Positions 12,607 through 26,375 are shown, numbered from the stretch's first letter. The stretch: 64,000 nucleotides of DNA from Octopus vulgaris (GCA_951406725.2 OX597826.1:19468001-19532000), one strand, 5' to 3'. Notes: generated by a model not told the origin, from the sequence alone. A program made the numbers and translations.

Positions 12607-15600
12607 TGTTAGGTTCTGGTATAGTTTAGGCGGGTAGAGCACCTTTCAGATATAACCCAGCTAGAAAGTCAATGCTGCAAGAGAACCTGAGAGGTGGAGG
12701 AATCACACTTCGTTCATTATACTACAAGCTATTTCAGCCTTTGTGTATTTTTTTTAATCCTCTTCCATGATACATCAGTAAAAATAAGGATGGGTAGCGA
12801 TACCATCAGACCTTTCTGTGGTGAGAGAGATACTATTGTCTGGATTTGGAAGATCAAGGTGGTAGCCAGGCTGCAAAGCAATGAAGATGTTGCTACAGCC
12901 TGGCCAAAGTCTCATGGCTCTGGATTTGGAGGGAAATGCATTGGCTATACCTCGAAATGGACAAAACAGACCAACTGGATATGGAGAAGATTGAACAGTG
13001 CTTAAAGGAACCTTTTTACAGAAGGATCATATGCTGTGGTCACCAAGCTAGGAAAGTTCAGGTGGACAGGCGAACAGGTGGAGATGTATGCAGCAGAAAT
13101 TCAGAGACTGGCCATGCTCTCTAGTTTTACCAGAGAGGGATTAGAAAAGGTGGCATGGTTGTCACTGATGAACATTTTTTCTGATAAGATATCAGTGCAT
13201 CTGCAATAACTGCCAGGCAGTGAGAAGACGTCAATGAGCAAACATATCACTCAAACCCATGTGTTGAGACTGTAGTGTCTGCTGCAGAGGTCATAGGTCA
13301 CCTGAAGAAGTTCAGGCTAACCACAAAACTACCAGAGCCAATGGTTGGAAGAGCTGCACTGGGGCTCAAGCTACAAAGGGACAAGATAGGTGTGTTGGTA
13401 GAGGAAATGAGATTCTGGAACTGGGTACAAGACAAGAACTATTCTCAATGTGTGGGAGACTAGTGGATCACAATCCAATCGTGGAGTGGCTTCAAACAGC
13501 ATGCAGCTCTGTCAAGAGATGAGTGAATGGGGCAAGATGAGAAGACAAAATGGGAAAGAGGACAGTGACAATGATGCAGGAGTTCCTAGAGAGGGTAAGA
13601 ACAAAAGACCCAGTCAGAGGAAGCTGGTATGCACCTAAATTGGAGAATGAGACTATAGTAGTCTGTGGACTGTAGCTAAAATAGTTGAATGATTTATCTT
13701 GCAAGAAGTTTTATAGAGCAATCTCCATTTAATAAGTTTCTCAAAACACCTACATCATGAGAAGTAATTCTTAATTATTCAAGAAGCTTCATGCTTCTCT
13801 TGGAAGTTTCTAGAATGTCTAGTGTTCCATTAATGAAATCAGCTTGCTTGCCCTGCTATTTGCTACGAGTCGACTAGACTGGCAGGAGAAGGCTTTGCAT
13901 GGTAGATTCCTAAAGATAGTCACAACAAATAGTAATAGTGAGACATGGTTATGGTTGCAGAAAGGAAGGCTGAATAGGGAATCAGAAAGTTTGTTAGTAA
14001 CAGCACAAGATCAATCATTAAGAACTAATAGGACAAAAGCCAAGAAGAAGAAGAAATTTAAGAACTACACATTTATTACATAAAAATATATTTTATTCAT
14101 TGGTTACTGATGAAATATAATCAAAATGTAGAACCTAGTTGAATGAAATAATCTATGCAAGAAAATTCAGAAATGTAGAAATAACAGCTAAGTGGTGGTT
14201 TTCAGTCATATGGTGTAGAGAAATAGACAGGCATAGCAACGACATGAATGGCTCGGAGTCTAGTCAACTAGACTCTGAGCAGGGCAAGTAAGCTATTTTT
14301 ATTAATGGCACACTAGACATTCTAGAAACTTCCAAGAGAAATGCGAAGCCTCTTGAATAATTAAGAATTACTTCTCATGACGTAGGTGTTTTGAAAAACT
14401 TATTCAAAGGAGATTACTCTATAAAACTTCTTGCAAGATAGATCATTCAACTATTTTAGCTATAGACCACAGTCTACTACAAGACCATATGATGTGATGC
14501 TAGCAACATAATGATAGGGGTTGTCCTGGAAATTGGAGATATCAAAGTGGAGGACACAGACTGGCTCAGAAAAGCAGATGATCACAACCCCATCAACATA
14601 GCTGAATTGGGGACACTGTGCTGAAGGGTATGAATCTGGCTCCAAGATGGAGGCTGCATACTATCAAACTGATTCAGTTGCTGTGCTTGGATGGATGGGA
14701 TCAGTGATCACTGATAAAAAGAAGGTTTGAACCAAAGGGGCTGCAGAGATGTTAGTAAAACGTTGCCTAGGTGTTTTGGGAGAGCTAGCAGCTGAATCTA
14801 GTTTGAAGCTGAGCATGGTCTTTGTGCCCTCGGAAAGGAATAAGGCAGACACTCTAACAAGGGTGAAAAAGGCCTGGTTGGTGGTGCTGGAAGATTCAGA
14901 GCCGGGGATAGCTGCAGTGTGTTGATTAGGTGACTCAGAACTAAGGAGACTGCGCACCATGCATCATATGGGCATGGATAGAACCCTGTATCATGACAGG
15001 AAAGTTGACTCTGAAGTTACTGGGCAGAGCAAGCAGAGCATTTAAAAAGTAGTTGAGAACTGTAACAGGTATCAATCCATCCACCCTGCTCTGGGTGTGC
15101 ACATGTCGAGAAACATCACAGTAGAACAAAACTGGAAATGATTGGCAGTGAATATGACACACTTGTAATATCTCTTGATGGTTGGCTGTGGATCAGGTTG
15201 GATGTCAATATGGAGGAAAATTAAGATGGGCACTGCGGATGAGGTTGCACAATTCCTGAACAAGATATTCCTGGAGCGGGGCCCTGTGGACAAATTGCTG
15301 ATGGACAATGGCACTGCATTTCATTTGGAGGTGCTGAAGAAGATGCTTAATAAGTGGATTGTGCACTGCTTCTTCAGAGCAGCATACAGGCCGAGTGGAA
15401 ATGGAATTGTGGAAAGACACCATCACATGATCAAGGCCATGGCAGAAAGGGGATGCATCTCACCACAAGAGGTGGTATTTTGGTACAAAATGTCACTTTA
15501 ATCAGGAAAGGCCAAGCAGTCAGTGCCACACAGAGCAATATTTAGGTATGAATGGTGGTACCTATCACAGTGCCCGACAGGAGAGAAAGAACCTGCCTTT

Positions 15601-16110
15601 GTGCAGGTAGGAGATGAATTCTGGGTCAAGCCTACAAAGGCACACTGCACATCTCAGTGGAACAAGGAGACAGTGATGGTTGTTAATTCCAAAACTAATG
15701 TCTCTGTAGATGGAATGTCACATCATGTCTTGGATGTTCACAGAATTGTTGGTGGAGGAGAGGAAGTGAGTGGAGCACCGTACTTGCAGAGATCACAGTG
15801 AGTGAGACATCTGCCTAGGTGATTGGCAGATTTCAACATGGAGTGGAGTGAGGAGGTGATCTTTGAGATCAGGTGTGCATGTGTGTGGACGAGGGGAACT
15901 GGGAGTAAAGGTGTCAGTAACTTCACCAGCTGAAGGGCCCTACTGGAGGAGCAGGACTGAGGGAGGTCACGTGGGTAGAAGTATGACCAACATAGGCCTC
16001 TTTGCTTCAGGGCAATTGAGGCAGATGGACATGTGTGAATGTACAGGCCAGAGAGGAAAATTTGCTGGTAGGTTCTGACTGGGTGGCTTGGAGCCTGGTA
16101 CAGCTATGTT
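12607..16110 (+). mobile_element. Degenerate Ty3/Gypsy LTR retrotransposon (putative LTR, gag, RT end, RNase H, integrase)
   Basis: tgtt..aca LTR-like segment 12607-12773; gag MGSDTIRPFCGE; RNase H (W)CDAS about 14490; integrase HHMG, GPVDKLLMDNGTAF, RAAYRPSGNGIVERHH (14950-15500); VQVGDEFWVKP. Confidence 0.85.
13654..14481. mobile_element. Non-autonomous element with about 200-bp TIRs and 4-bp TSD (Ginger-like)
   Basis: TIRs at 13654-13857 and 14278-14481. Ends are TATAGTAG and CTACTACA. TSD agac at 13650-13653 and 14482-14485. Removal restores the Gypsy RNase H frame. Confidence 0.8.
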
Positions 16111-16577
16111 GTAAAACAGGAATAGAATTGTGATATAATGTTCAGAATTGAGGTACAATATTCTAAAGAGTTCTAGTATAATGTTCAACTGAAATATGTT
16201 TTAATGTTCAATCAAATTATTGTGTAATGCAGTGGTAAATTGTTGATTAATGTTTTGTGACAATTTCCTACTGAAATTTGGAATAATTTTCTACTGAACT
16301 ATGGTAGAATGTTAAATAAGATTCTGATGTAAATTTTAAATGTATTGTCGTAAATAGTTCTTCTAAATTGTGGGATAAAGTTACCAAGAATTGTGCTATA
16401 AAATTCTATAGCACTGTGTTATGATTTTTTACTGAATTGTGCTAAACATAACACTGAATTTTAAAATATTTAACTAAATTACAGAATAAAGCTTTACTGA
16501 ATTTCAGTACATTGTGCTGCAGGGGAACTATGATATCCCATTGAACAGAATTGGCTATAATATTTTCTCTTTTTTCC

Positions 16578-16980
16578 CTTTTACTTGTTTCAGTCATTTG
16601 ACTGCGGCCATGCTGGAGTACTACCTTTAGTTGAGCAAATCGACCCCAGGACTTACTCTTTGGAAGCCTAGTACTTATTCTATCGGTCTATTATGCTGAA
16701 CCGCTAAGTTACAGGGACGTAAACACACCAGCATCAGTTGTCAAGTGATGTTGGGGGGACAATCACAGACACACAAACATATACACACACATACATATAT
16801 ATATACATATATATGACAGATTTCTTTCAATTTCTGTCTACCAAATCCACTCACAAGACTTTGGTCGTCCCAAGGCTATAGTAGAAGACACTTGCCCAAG
16901 GTGCCACGCAGTGGGAATGAACCCAGAACCATGTGGTTGGTAAGCAAGCTACTTACCACACAGCTACTCCTGCACCTATA
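16578..16980 (-). mobile_element. Full-length tRNA-derived SINE family A
   Basis: Reverse complement of 18118-18520 along its whole length. Confidence 0.88.
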
Positions 16981-17184
16981 GTCATTTTATGAGTTTTGCT
17001 ATCATATTAAATGAAATTAAGGCATAATGTCTAATGAAATGTGGTATGATAATTGAAGTATAGTGTTAAAAGTATTTGTGCTCAATAATATGCTACACTT
17101 TTCTAATGAATTGTGGCATAATGTGTTATATAATTGTGATGTAATTTTCAAATAGATTGTGGTAAAATATACTACACTGTTAGA

Positions 17185-18287
17185 ATCTGTAACAGAATTG
17201 GAGAAGAAATTCCAGGTATGGAAAGGATTGGGAAGTAATTCCATTCACTATACCAAGTGTAAGCTAAGGACACATAAGAGATGCAGTGAAATCACATGTA
17301 AATTAACAGATAAGGTCACCTTCATGTGTGGCAGATGTAAAGGAACAATAAGCACTAAGGACACACAAGCATTAGACTCTATCAAATGCCCAGGAGACTC
17401 TCTTGACATAGTAGATAGTTTCCGTCACTTAGGTAACCAAATTAGCAATGGGGGTGGATGCTCTGAAACTATTGTTTCTAGAATATGAATAGCATGGAGA
17501 AAGTTCAGAGCGGTACTACCGCTGTTGGCAACAAAAGAACCCTCAGAGTGAAAGGTAGATTGCATGATGCTTGTGTATAAACAGTAATACTCCATGGTAG
17601 TGAGACATAGGCTCTGAATGTAGAGGACATGCATACAAGAGAGGAATGAAGGCAGTATGCTCTGATGGGTGCACGGTATCAATGTGCATGAACAACAAAG
17701 CAGTGTTGAGAGAAAAGTTGGGCATGAGAGGAATCAAATGCAGGATGCAAGAGAGGCGACTACATTGGTTTGGATATGTGATGTGTATGAATAATGACAG
17801 CTGTATAAAGAAGTGCTGGTCACTGAAAGTGCCTGGTACGCATTGAAGAGGGAGACCCAGGAAGACATAAGATGAAGTGGTGAGGACCAATCTCAGGATG
17901 TTGGGGCTCAAGGAGGAAATGACAATGACTGAGATATCTGGTGATATGAGGTTCTAGAGAAGACTCACCCACGTCAGCAAACCTGAGTTCTAGAAGTATT
18001 GTGTTCCACCCACATGTAACAATAAAATTTTAACACACCCTACCCCAACAAAGCAAACAACATCCCCCTTACCCAAGCTGTTTCTCTTCTCTTCCTCACA
18101 TTTTCTTTTTATAAACTAGGCATAGGAGTGGCTGTGTGGTAAGTAGCTTGCTTACAAACCACATGGTTCCAGGTTCAGTCCCACTGCGTGGCACCTTGGG
18201 CAAGTGTCTTCTACTATAACCTTGGGCCGACCAAAGCCTTGTGAGTGGATTTGGTAGACAGAAACTGAAAGAAGCCCGTTGTATATA

Positions 18288-18326
<39 letters not shown>

Positions 18327-19040
18327 CTGTTTGTCCCCCCAACATCGCTTGACAACTGATGCTGGTGTGTTTATGTCCTCGTAACTTAGCTGTTCGGCAA
18401 AAGAGACCGATAGAATAAGTACTAGGCTTACAAAGAATAAGTCCTGGGGTTGATTTGCTCAACTAAAGGTGGTGCTCCAGCATGGCCACAGTCAAATGAC
18501 TGAAACAAGTAAAAGAGTAAGGAGTCATCTCCTACTCCCCAATCCAGTCTTCACTATCCCTGCTCAGTATATTGTTGGTTCCCCATCCCTCCTCCTCTTT
18601 GTACCCAGATTCTCACCAGCCACAGCATTCCCCACCCCACTCCCTACTCACAACGTCTTGGTAATACCCTGCCACCATTCATCTCTCTCTTCCTTAATCT
18701 ACAATCCCATCTGTGCCCTGATCCCCATTCCTTGCGAGTATACCCTGACATTTACCATCATCCCTCTCCTGCTCTTGCTGTCTCCTTCTCTCTCTCTCTC
18801 TCTCTCTCTTCCCTCTCGCTGAGTAACCATGTCCCTCCTCTTCAGCAACAAACCTGTCTCTGCCCTCATTCTTGATCACTCTCTCTCTCTCCCTCTTTTC
18901 TTGCTCTTACCTCTGGTTAGGTAACCATGTATCGCTTGTACAGCAGCACATCACTTTCTTGTTAACTCTCCTTCTCTCACTAGGTAACCATGTCCTTCCT
19001 CTTCAGCAGCAAACCTGTCTCTGCCCTCATTCTTGTTAAC

Positions 19041-19095
<55 letters not shown>

Positions 19096-19300
19096 CTGGA
19101 TAACCATGTACCTCCTCTACAGCAACACACCCGTTTCTGTCTCCCTGTCTTACTCTAACCTTTCATCTTCTGACACAAGACCACCTCCAGTGCCCCCTCC
19201 CCTCTCAAAGATGCCTTGTCTTGCAAAGTTACTTGGTGACCCCGCCAGGGTAGGTGCCACTTAAAAAAGCACCTAGTTCATATTGTGAAAACCATGCCAA
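17185..19300 (+). mobile_element. Degenerate RTE (BovB-like) LINE 3' portion with CT-rich 3' region, interrupted by a SINE
   Basis: ELEKKFQVWK, HKRCS, VDSFRHLG, QERRLHWFGYV, RGRPRKT. Same family as 53640-56900. Confidence 0.8.
18118..18520 (+). mobile_element. Full-length tRNA-derived SINE family A
   Basis: A-box TGGCTGTGTGG, B-box GGTTCAGTCCC, internal (TG)n and 3' end aaacaagtaaaagagtaa. Several copies in the window. Confidence 0.88.
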
Positions 19301-19954
19301 CTTGTAGAATATCTTATTCATAAATTTTGATGATATATTATGGTATAATGTTCCCCTAACTTGTGTAGTATTCAATTGAATTCCGGTATAATTTTCAAAT
19401 GTACTGTTGTAAATTTCAAAGTGAATTCTTGTACAAATTTCAATGCAGTCATACACATACATATACATTTGTTCATTGATGGAGTAAATTACAAAAAAGA
19501 AAAAAAGTAAATACTGACTCGAGTTACAGGACCCCTTAAAGCAGGGAATCAAATTGGCTGAAAATCACATTTTCTATCATAAATTCTGGTATAAATTTCA
19601 TAAATTCCTACTGAATTGTGTTATAATATATCAAAGTCACAATATAATATTCAATTTAATTTCAGTATAATTTTCTATCTAATTGTGATATAATATTCTA
19701 TTTAATTGTAGAATTATATGAAATAGAAGTACGGTATAAGTTTCTAATGAACCGTAATGTAATATTCTGCTGAGTTGTGGTATAATGTTGAATAGGTTTT
19801 TGGTACAACATCCTAACTGTCATATGATATTCTTCTGAATTATGCTATAATGTTCAAATAAATGGTGGTATGATCTTCTACTGAATTGTGTTAATTATCT
19901 ATATAATTGTCATATAATATTCGACAGATCTATCATACAGATTTAAAAGGATTT

Positions 19955-20910
19955 CATCATCATCATCATTATCATCATCATCATCATCGTATAATGTCTG
20001 TTTTCCATGCTGGCATGGGTTGGACGGTTTGACTGGGGACTGGCAAGCCAGAAATCCACACCAGGCTCCAATTCGATCTAGCAATGTTTCTACAGCTGCA
20101 TGCCCTTCCTAACACCAACCACTCCGAGAGTGTAGTGAGTGCTTTTTACGTGTCACCAGCATGAGAGCCAATCAAGCAGCACTGGCATCAGCCACATTCG
20201 GTTGGTGCTTTTTACAGGCCACCAGCACAGGAGCCAGTCAGGGCAGGGGGCGGGGCTGGCATTGGCCACATTCGGATGCTGCTTTTTATGTGCCACCGGC
20301 ATGGGGAGCCAGTCATGGGGAGCATGGCAATGCGTGCCGCCAGCACTGGTATCGGCCACAACTACAATTTCCATTTGATTTTGATTTACTTGACACAATA
20401 GGTCTCCTCAAGCATGGCATGTCACCCAATGAGTCAAAGGTACTTTTTAAATGGGTTGGTTATGTGACACTGGTGTAGGCTACGGCTGTGATCTCACTTT
20501 CCTTGCTGGGTCTTCTCAATCACAGCATATCTCCAGAGGTCTTGCTCTTTTGTCATTGCACCTGTGAGGCCCAGCATTCAAAGGTCATGCTTCACCACCT
20601 CATCCCATGTCTTCTTGGGTCTCCCTCTTCCATGGATTCCTTCCACTGTTAAGGAGTGACACTTCTTCACACAGCTCTCCTCATCCATATGTAGCACATG
20701 ACCATACCAGTGCAGTCGTCTCTCATGCTTCTTATGTCCAACATTTCTCTCAGGATGCTTACACTCTGCTATGTGTGCACACTGACATTAAACATCCAGC
20801 AGATCATACTAGATTCATTTCTTTCAAGCCTATGCATGTCTTCAGCAGTCATGGCCCATGTTTCACTGTCGTGTAGCATGGCAGTTCACACACATGCATC
20901 ATACAGGTAC
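19955..20910 (-). mobile_element. RTE LINE 3' fragment with (GAT)n tail
   Basis: Homologous to 53640-54480; (cat)n at the left end. Confidence 0.8.
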
Positions 20911-20992
20911 AATTACCCTATTGACTAGCAGCATAATATACAATATAATTTTCTGCTATAGTTTTCTACTGAATTGAGGTACATTATGTTAA

Positions 20993-21474
20993 CCGTTCAG
21001 GGGCCGGTGGGGTTGGAATTGAGGTCCCCTCTTATTTTTGCATAGTTTCACACTATCCATAAAGTAATATTCGTTTAATCTTGTATCTATGTGTGAGTGT
21101 ATGATTCAGAATAAGAAATTTAGTGCATTTTTTATAGTTTTATAAACTATACATATAGCACTAAATACAAAATAAAACAAAATTATTTAGTGTATTGATT
21201 CACACCAGTACAAATACAAAGAAAATTGACTTATAGTTCATCAGAATATCTTACAAAAGAACAGAAAAAATAATTTCACAGAAGGCCAATGGGCTCCAGT
21301 TGGGCCAATGACCATATTTTATGCTATAACATCCAGATGACTGGAAAGTTTTAACACATAAAATATTGATGATAAAAGTCATGAGATATAAAATCATTTA
21401 AATAAAAAATGTAAAAGTTGCATAACTTTTAAAAGTTGCTGGGGTCCCAAAGGATCCTGCCAGCCCATGAAAAG
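20993..21474. mobile_element. piggyBac-like non-autonomous element
   Basis: TTAA at 20989-20992 and 21475-21478. Imperfect TIRs ccgttcaggggccggtgggg versus the reverse complement cttttcatgggctggcagga. Inserted within a 23-bp unit. Confidence 0.65.
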
Positions 21475-21661
21475 TTAAACAGAATTTTGGTTTACTGATC
21501 TAATAAATGGTATTATAATCTTTGAGGGAATTGTGGTAAAATTTTTGACTGAAATATGGTATATTTTCCAGAATTATGGTTAAGGAATCTATTGAAATTT
21601 GATTGTGGAATAAATTCTTAGTGAATTTTTATATAAAGTTCTGCCAAATTATGGTACAATA

Positions 21662-21835
21662 CTGGTTTCAAATTTTGGCACAAGGCCAGCAATTTCAGTT
21701 GGGGGGGGGATAATTCAATTATATCAACCCCAGTACTCAACAAGTACTTATTTCCTCAACCCCAAAGGGATGAAAGGCAAAGTTAACCTCAGCAGAATTT
21801 GAACTCAGAATGTAAAGCATTTTGCCAGCTTGCTG
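21662..21835 (-). mobile_element. SINE family B
   Basis: Reverse complement of 11990-12180. Confidence 0.7.
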
Positions 21836-23976
21836 TTTTAAATGATGGTATAATATTGACAATATTGCAGTGTGATTTTGTAATAAATTATAGTATAACA
21901 ATCTTCTGAATTGTGGTATGATATGAAAGAGTATTATGGTAAAATTTTATACTAATTTTTGAATTGTGGTATAAAGTTATGTTGACTTATTGTACAATGA
22001 TAAACAGAGTTTTGAGATAATGTTTTACACAAGTGTGTTTTAACAGTCTTCAGGTTTGTGTTACAATATTATATTGTGATTCCACTGAATTGCAGTATTT
22101 TTTCTGCAAAATTGTGGTAAAAGTCTCAGATGGATTCTATTCTATTCAAATGAATATTGGTTAAATGGTTAAATGGATAACTGGATTGTGGAGTTACATT
22201 CCACCAACCTGTAATATAATATTCCACTAACCTGCAATATAATATTTAAGAGAATTGTCGTCTAAGTTGTGGTGTAATGCTTCAATGAAATTTGATGTAT
22301 ATTTCTGCTGTATCATGAAATGATCTTCTACTGAATTATGGCATCATTTTGCTCTGAATTCTTGTATAATTTTGTGTTAAAGTTCAACTGAATAGTAGTA
22401 GTGTTCTGGTGAAATGGGGATATAATGTTAAACAGAATTGTGGTATAAGTTTCAACCAAAATTTTGCTGTTATCTTACTGGATAGTGACATAATATTCTA
22501 TGGAGTTGAGTAGATTTTTCTACTGATTTGTCATATGGCAATGTGATATAGTGTTCCATTATCCATGTCCTCTCTTATGCTCACCTTCTTGTTCCTTGAG
22601 AGTTTGTTCTAGCACCCCCGTCACTTCCTTCCTCTTATCTCCTTCAGTCATATATCTCATCTATAAGCAAGACACCTCCACCTTCCCCTCCCAAATACTT
22701 CCTCTTAGTAGAGCTTGCTCTTTTTCTTTTTTCTCTGTTCTTTTCTATCTTGCAAGATATATAGTAACATCACAATGGCACAATATTCAACTCAGTGGTG
22801 CAATGATATACAAACGTTTTGAATGTGGTATAACTTTCTGTTGAACTGTGTTATAATAATATATTCAATTGTGGTATAATGTTTTACTGAATTCTAGTGC
22901 AATATTATACTGAAATGTGACATATTGTACCACTTAATTTTGATGAAATATGCAACTATTTTGTGTTTTTCTGGCTTATGGTATAAACAGAATAAATGTG
23001 GTATAATGTTACAAGAAATTGTCATATAATTTTTGGATAGTCCTTTATAGAATTTTAGGATAATGTCAAACAGAAATGTGGTAGAATATTCTGTATCATT
23101 GTGAGCAAAATCCTGTATCATGTTAAACAAAATTACAGTATACTATTCTACTGATTTGTGGAATCATATTCAATGGAAAAGTTATATTATTTTTCTACTG
23201 ATTTATGGTATAATGTTTCACTTAATTGTTGTAAAGAATAGTCAGTCATAAATGGTTCAAATGTATTTGCTATAATATTCAAATGAATTATGGAATATTG
23301 TTCAAATGTATTGTGGTATAACATTCAAGTGAATTGTGGTATAAAGTTCACATCAATTGTGATAGAACAGCCTATTAAACTGCCATATAATGTACCATTG
23401 AATTGTAATATATTTTAGAGAATTGTGCTTTACTTATCTACTGAGTTGTGGCATAATGTTTTACATAATTCTGGTATAGTATTCTACTGAATATTGGTAT
23501 AATGTTTGAATGAATTATAATGTTTTACTGAATTGTGATATAATGTTCTACTGAATTCTAGCATGATATTATATTGAATAGTGAGATTAACTTGATAGTC
23601 TAGTAATCTGCAGTATTATGTTAAGATAGAATTTTAGTGTATGTTTCTACTATGTGATATAGTGTTTTAAAAAAATTTGGTATAAAATTCTACTCAGCTG
23701 TGGTAGATATTTCAAATGAACTGTGGTACAATATTCCACTAAAATATAAATGATGTTCCACTAAATTGTGATATGAAAAGAGAAGTTTCAATGTTAATAT
23801 GTTGTGGTTAAATACAGTTAGGAAAGAATACTGTAACATGCACAGTAAAACATATACAACTGATCCTGAAACTTTCACCATAGCTATAAGCAAAGTGCAT
23901 CATGGGAAGGTATCTGGAAGTGACTAAAAGCTGCATTCTGATAAAAGAAGCTGACATTTTACAAAAAACCACTTTT

Positions 23977-24285
23977 GTCATCATCATCATTTAACATCCA
24001 CCCTCCATGCTGGCATGGGTTTGACAGTTTGATAGAAGCTGGCCTGCCAGAAGCCTGCGCCAACAGATCTCTGTGTCTGTTTTGGCAGGGTTTATATGGC
24101 TGGATGCTCTTCCTAACACCAACCACTCAGCAGAGTGGACTGCGTGCTTTATACATTGGCACAAGCATAGGCAAGATCAGCTTTGGCAAGGTTTTTACAT
24201 TTGGATCCCCTTCCAAACACTAACCACTTTACAGTGTGGACTGGATGCTTTTTAAGTGGCACCTGCAAGTAACTTGCAAGCCAAA
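23977..24285 (-). mobile_element. RTE-family 3' tail fragment
   Basis: (cat)n followed by ccatgctggcatgggtt..ggatgc..cctaacaccaaccact, shared with 19955, 35862 and 53640. Confidence 0.7.
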
Positions 24286-25140
24286 AATAATTCAAAGAGA
24301 CTACAGAAGGCCAGGTTGTTATACCAGATTGGCTTGCTATAACATGGACAAATCTAGTAGCCTAGAATGAAATCATCAAGTTACCAGAAAACTATTGGCC
24401 CTTACTTGCATACATTACATACAAGTTGTACAAAAATTGTTTCAGTACAACAGCATAGTGACCAAAGAGCAGGCAGGTCAAAAGAAGGATGTGCCTAACA
24501 ATTTTTAATAAACAAAGCTGTACTCTCCAAAGTATAAAAACTCTGCAGAAACCTTGGTTGACTATAGGAAAGTATCTGACTATATTTCCTACTCATGTCT
24601 CTACACATGGCAAAAGTATCTGATATTTTAGCTGCTGCCATAAATAGGCTCATAAAAGCCTGGTCAACAATCCACACACTTATAACTGACAGCAGAACTA
24701 TCATCTCTGATGTTATAAATATGTCAAAGGGATTATTTCAAGGAAGTAGTCTTTCTGTAATCCCATTTATTTTGGCATTAAATTCACCATCATTTCTGCT
24801 ACAAAAATCTAATGGCTACATGCTAAGGTTTGTGGATAATCTGAAGTTCTATGATAAAAAATATACAATGCCAAAAAATAACTGGAGCTATTTGCAACAT
24901 TTTCAGCTGACATAGGAATGGAATTTAGCCAAAAGAAGTGTTTGCATTAAATTGCTGAATGTGGAAAATCATTCCTCCAAATCCAAAACCTGTGCATCAA
25001 CAGTCTCATTGTTGATGCGCTGGTCACATTTCGCTGTTTTAATTATGCAGATAACAGCATGCTTCTATATCCATTTTCTTAATGTTTCTTCACTAATGCA
25101 GAGAAACATACAAAAAAGCAGAAAAATGAAAGAAATGTTT

Positions 25141-25962
25141 ATATTCTGTTGTGTCTGGGGAGAGTCATTTTCCTTTGTGCCTTATAATTTAACTCACTCA
25201 CCAGTAAAGTTTCCACTTATTTCTTATTTTTATTTTCCTCAAATTTTCGTTGCATCTTGCAACCTTTTCAATAGTCTTTTTGTTTCCTTGCACACATGTG
25301 TGTTGGTCTGTGTGTGTGTGTGTATGTATATGTATATGTGCATGCATGTGTATGTATATGTACAAATATATGTGTATGCATCTGTATGTACGTATCCTGC
25401 ATATTCATATGCTTGCATGTCCGTGTTTGTATATTTTCTATGTATGTGTGTGTGTGTGTGAGCGTGTGTTTGTATATGTATGCACCTCTGTCTCCTTGTG
25501 TGTGTGTGTGTATTATGCAACTATGTACCATGTTTGTATGTATGGATGTGCATCTCTATATGTGTGTACCCATGTCTCCATATGTGTCCTCGTGTGGAGT
25601 AAAGTGTGAGTGTATATATGGTCATGTGTGTCAGTCTCCATTTGTGTATGTATGCTTGTCTGTTCTTATAACCCATGTACCTATCCGTCTGTGTGTTGAT
25701 CTGTTATTTTCATATCCATATGCTTACATACAAAAATAAATAAATAAATAAAATAGAAATAAAAATATTCTTATTTTTTATTATTATTTTTTTTTAAACG
25801 AAACGAAAATTTTAGGAAAATAAAAATAAGTGGAAATTTTACCAGTGAGTGTGTTAAATTATAAGGTACAAAAAGAAAATGACTCTCCCCAGACACAACA
25901 GAATATGCGAACACACAAACTCATATAAAGAATCTTGCAAACTAAATCCCAAAATGAAATAT
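25141..25962. repeat. Inverted pair of a short repeat family around a degenerate TG/TA microsatellite
   Basis: 25141-25250 is the reverse complement of 25801-25906. The same family forms an inverted unit at 52744-52965. Confidence 0.75.
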
Positions 25963-26019
25963 TGTTTATATTGACAAAGGAAATTCCTGTTTTTTATGCA
26001 ACTATACTGCCACCTACAG

Positions 26020-26375
26020 GAAATGTCAAAGTGACACAAAAAAAAAAAATAACCCAAAAGTTAAAGGCTGTACAAGATGACAATACTATTCTTATATATA
26101 TTTCACCTCAATTGGCCCCGCTCTCTTTAACATTACACCAAAACACATTAAAACAGAAACTGACCCTATAGGGTTCAAGAAGTCTTTGGACAGATTCCTT
26201 CAAGAAATCCCGGATAAACCCCCTACACCCGGATATGTCTCTGTAAACAATAACTCTCTACTTGAGTGGGCCATAGTGCCAAAATTCTGACTTGAAAGAC
26301 TTCACCAGGTGGTGCTATTAAGTTAGACATGGCCTGGGCCAATAATGGCCGAAACCTATCAAAGTATCAAAGTAT
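26020..26375 (+). mobile_element. CR1/L2-type LINE 3' end
   Basis: GPALFNITPKHIKTETDPIGFKKSLDRFLQEIPDKP..NNNSL, then a short UTR and a (tatcaaag)2 tail. Confidence 0.7.

Larger units (their letters stand above)
11740..23820 (+). repeat. Degenerate 23-bp tandem array (consensus about CTACTGAATTGTGGTATAATGTT), split by TE insertions
   Basis: The unit recurs in the same orientation in blocks at about 11740-12605, 16115-16560, 16985-17180, 19310-19930, 20930-20990, 21480-22550 and 22820-23820. Confidence 0.85.

Noticed and set aside
14105-14160. CTGATGA..GAAA inside the Ginger-like element
   Set aside because: No convincing stem II or stem I.
18118-18200. SINE heads as true tRNA genes (also 46919-46991)
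   Set aside because: Cloverleaf stems pair poorly and each is fused to a repeat body.
11740-23820. CRISPR-like array interpretation of the 23-bp repeats
   Set aside because: Units are contiguous and degenerate, with no unique spacers or cas genes, in a eukaryotic context.
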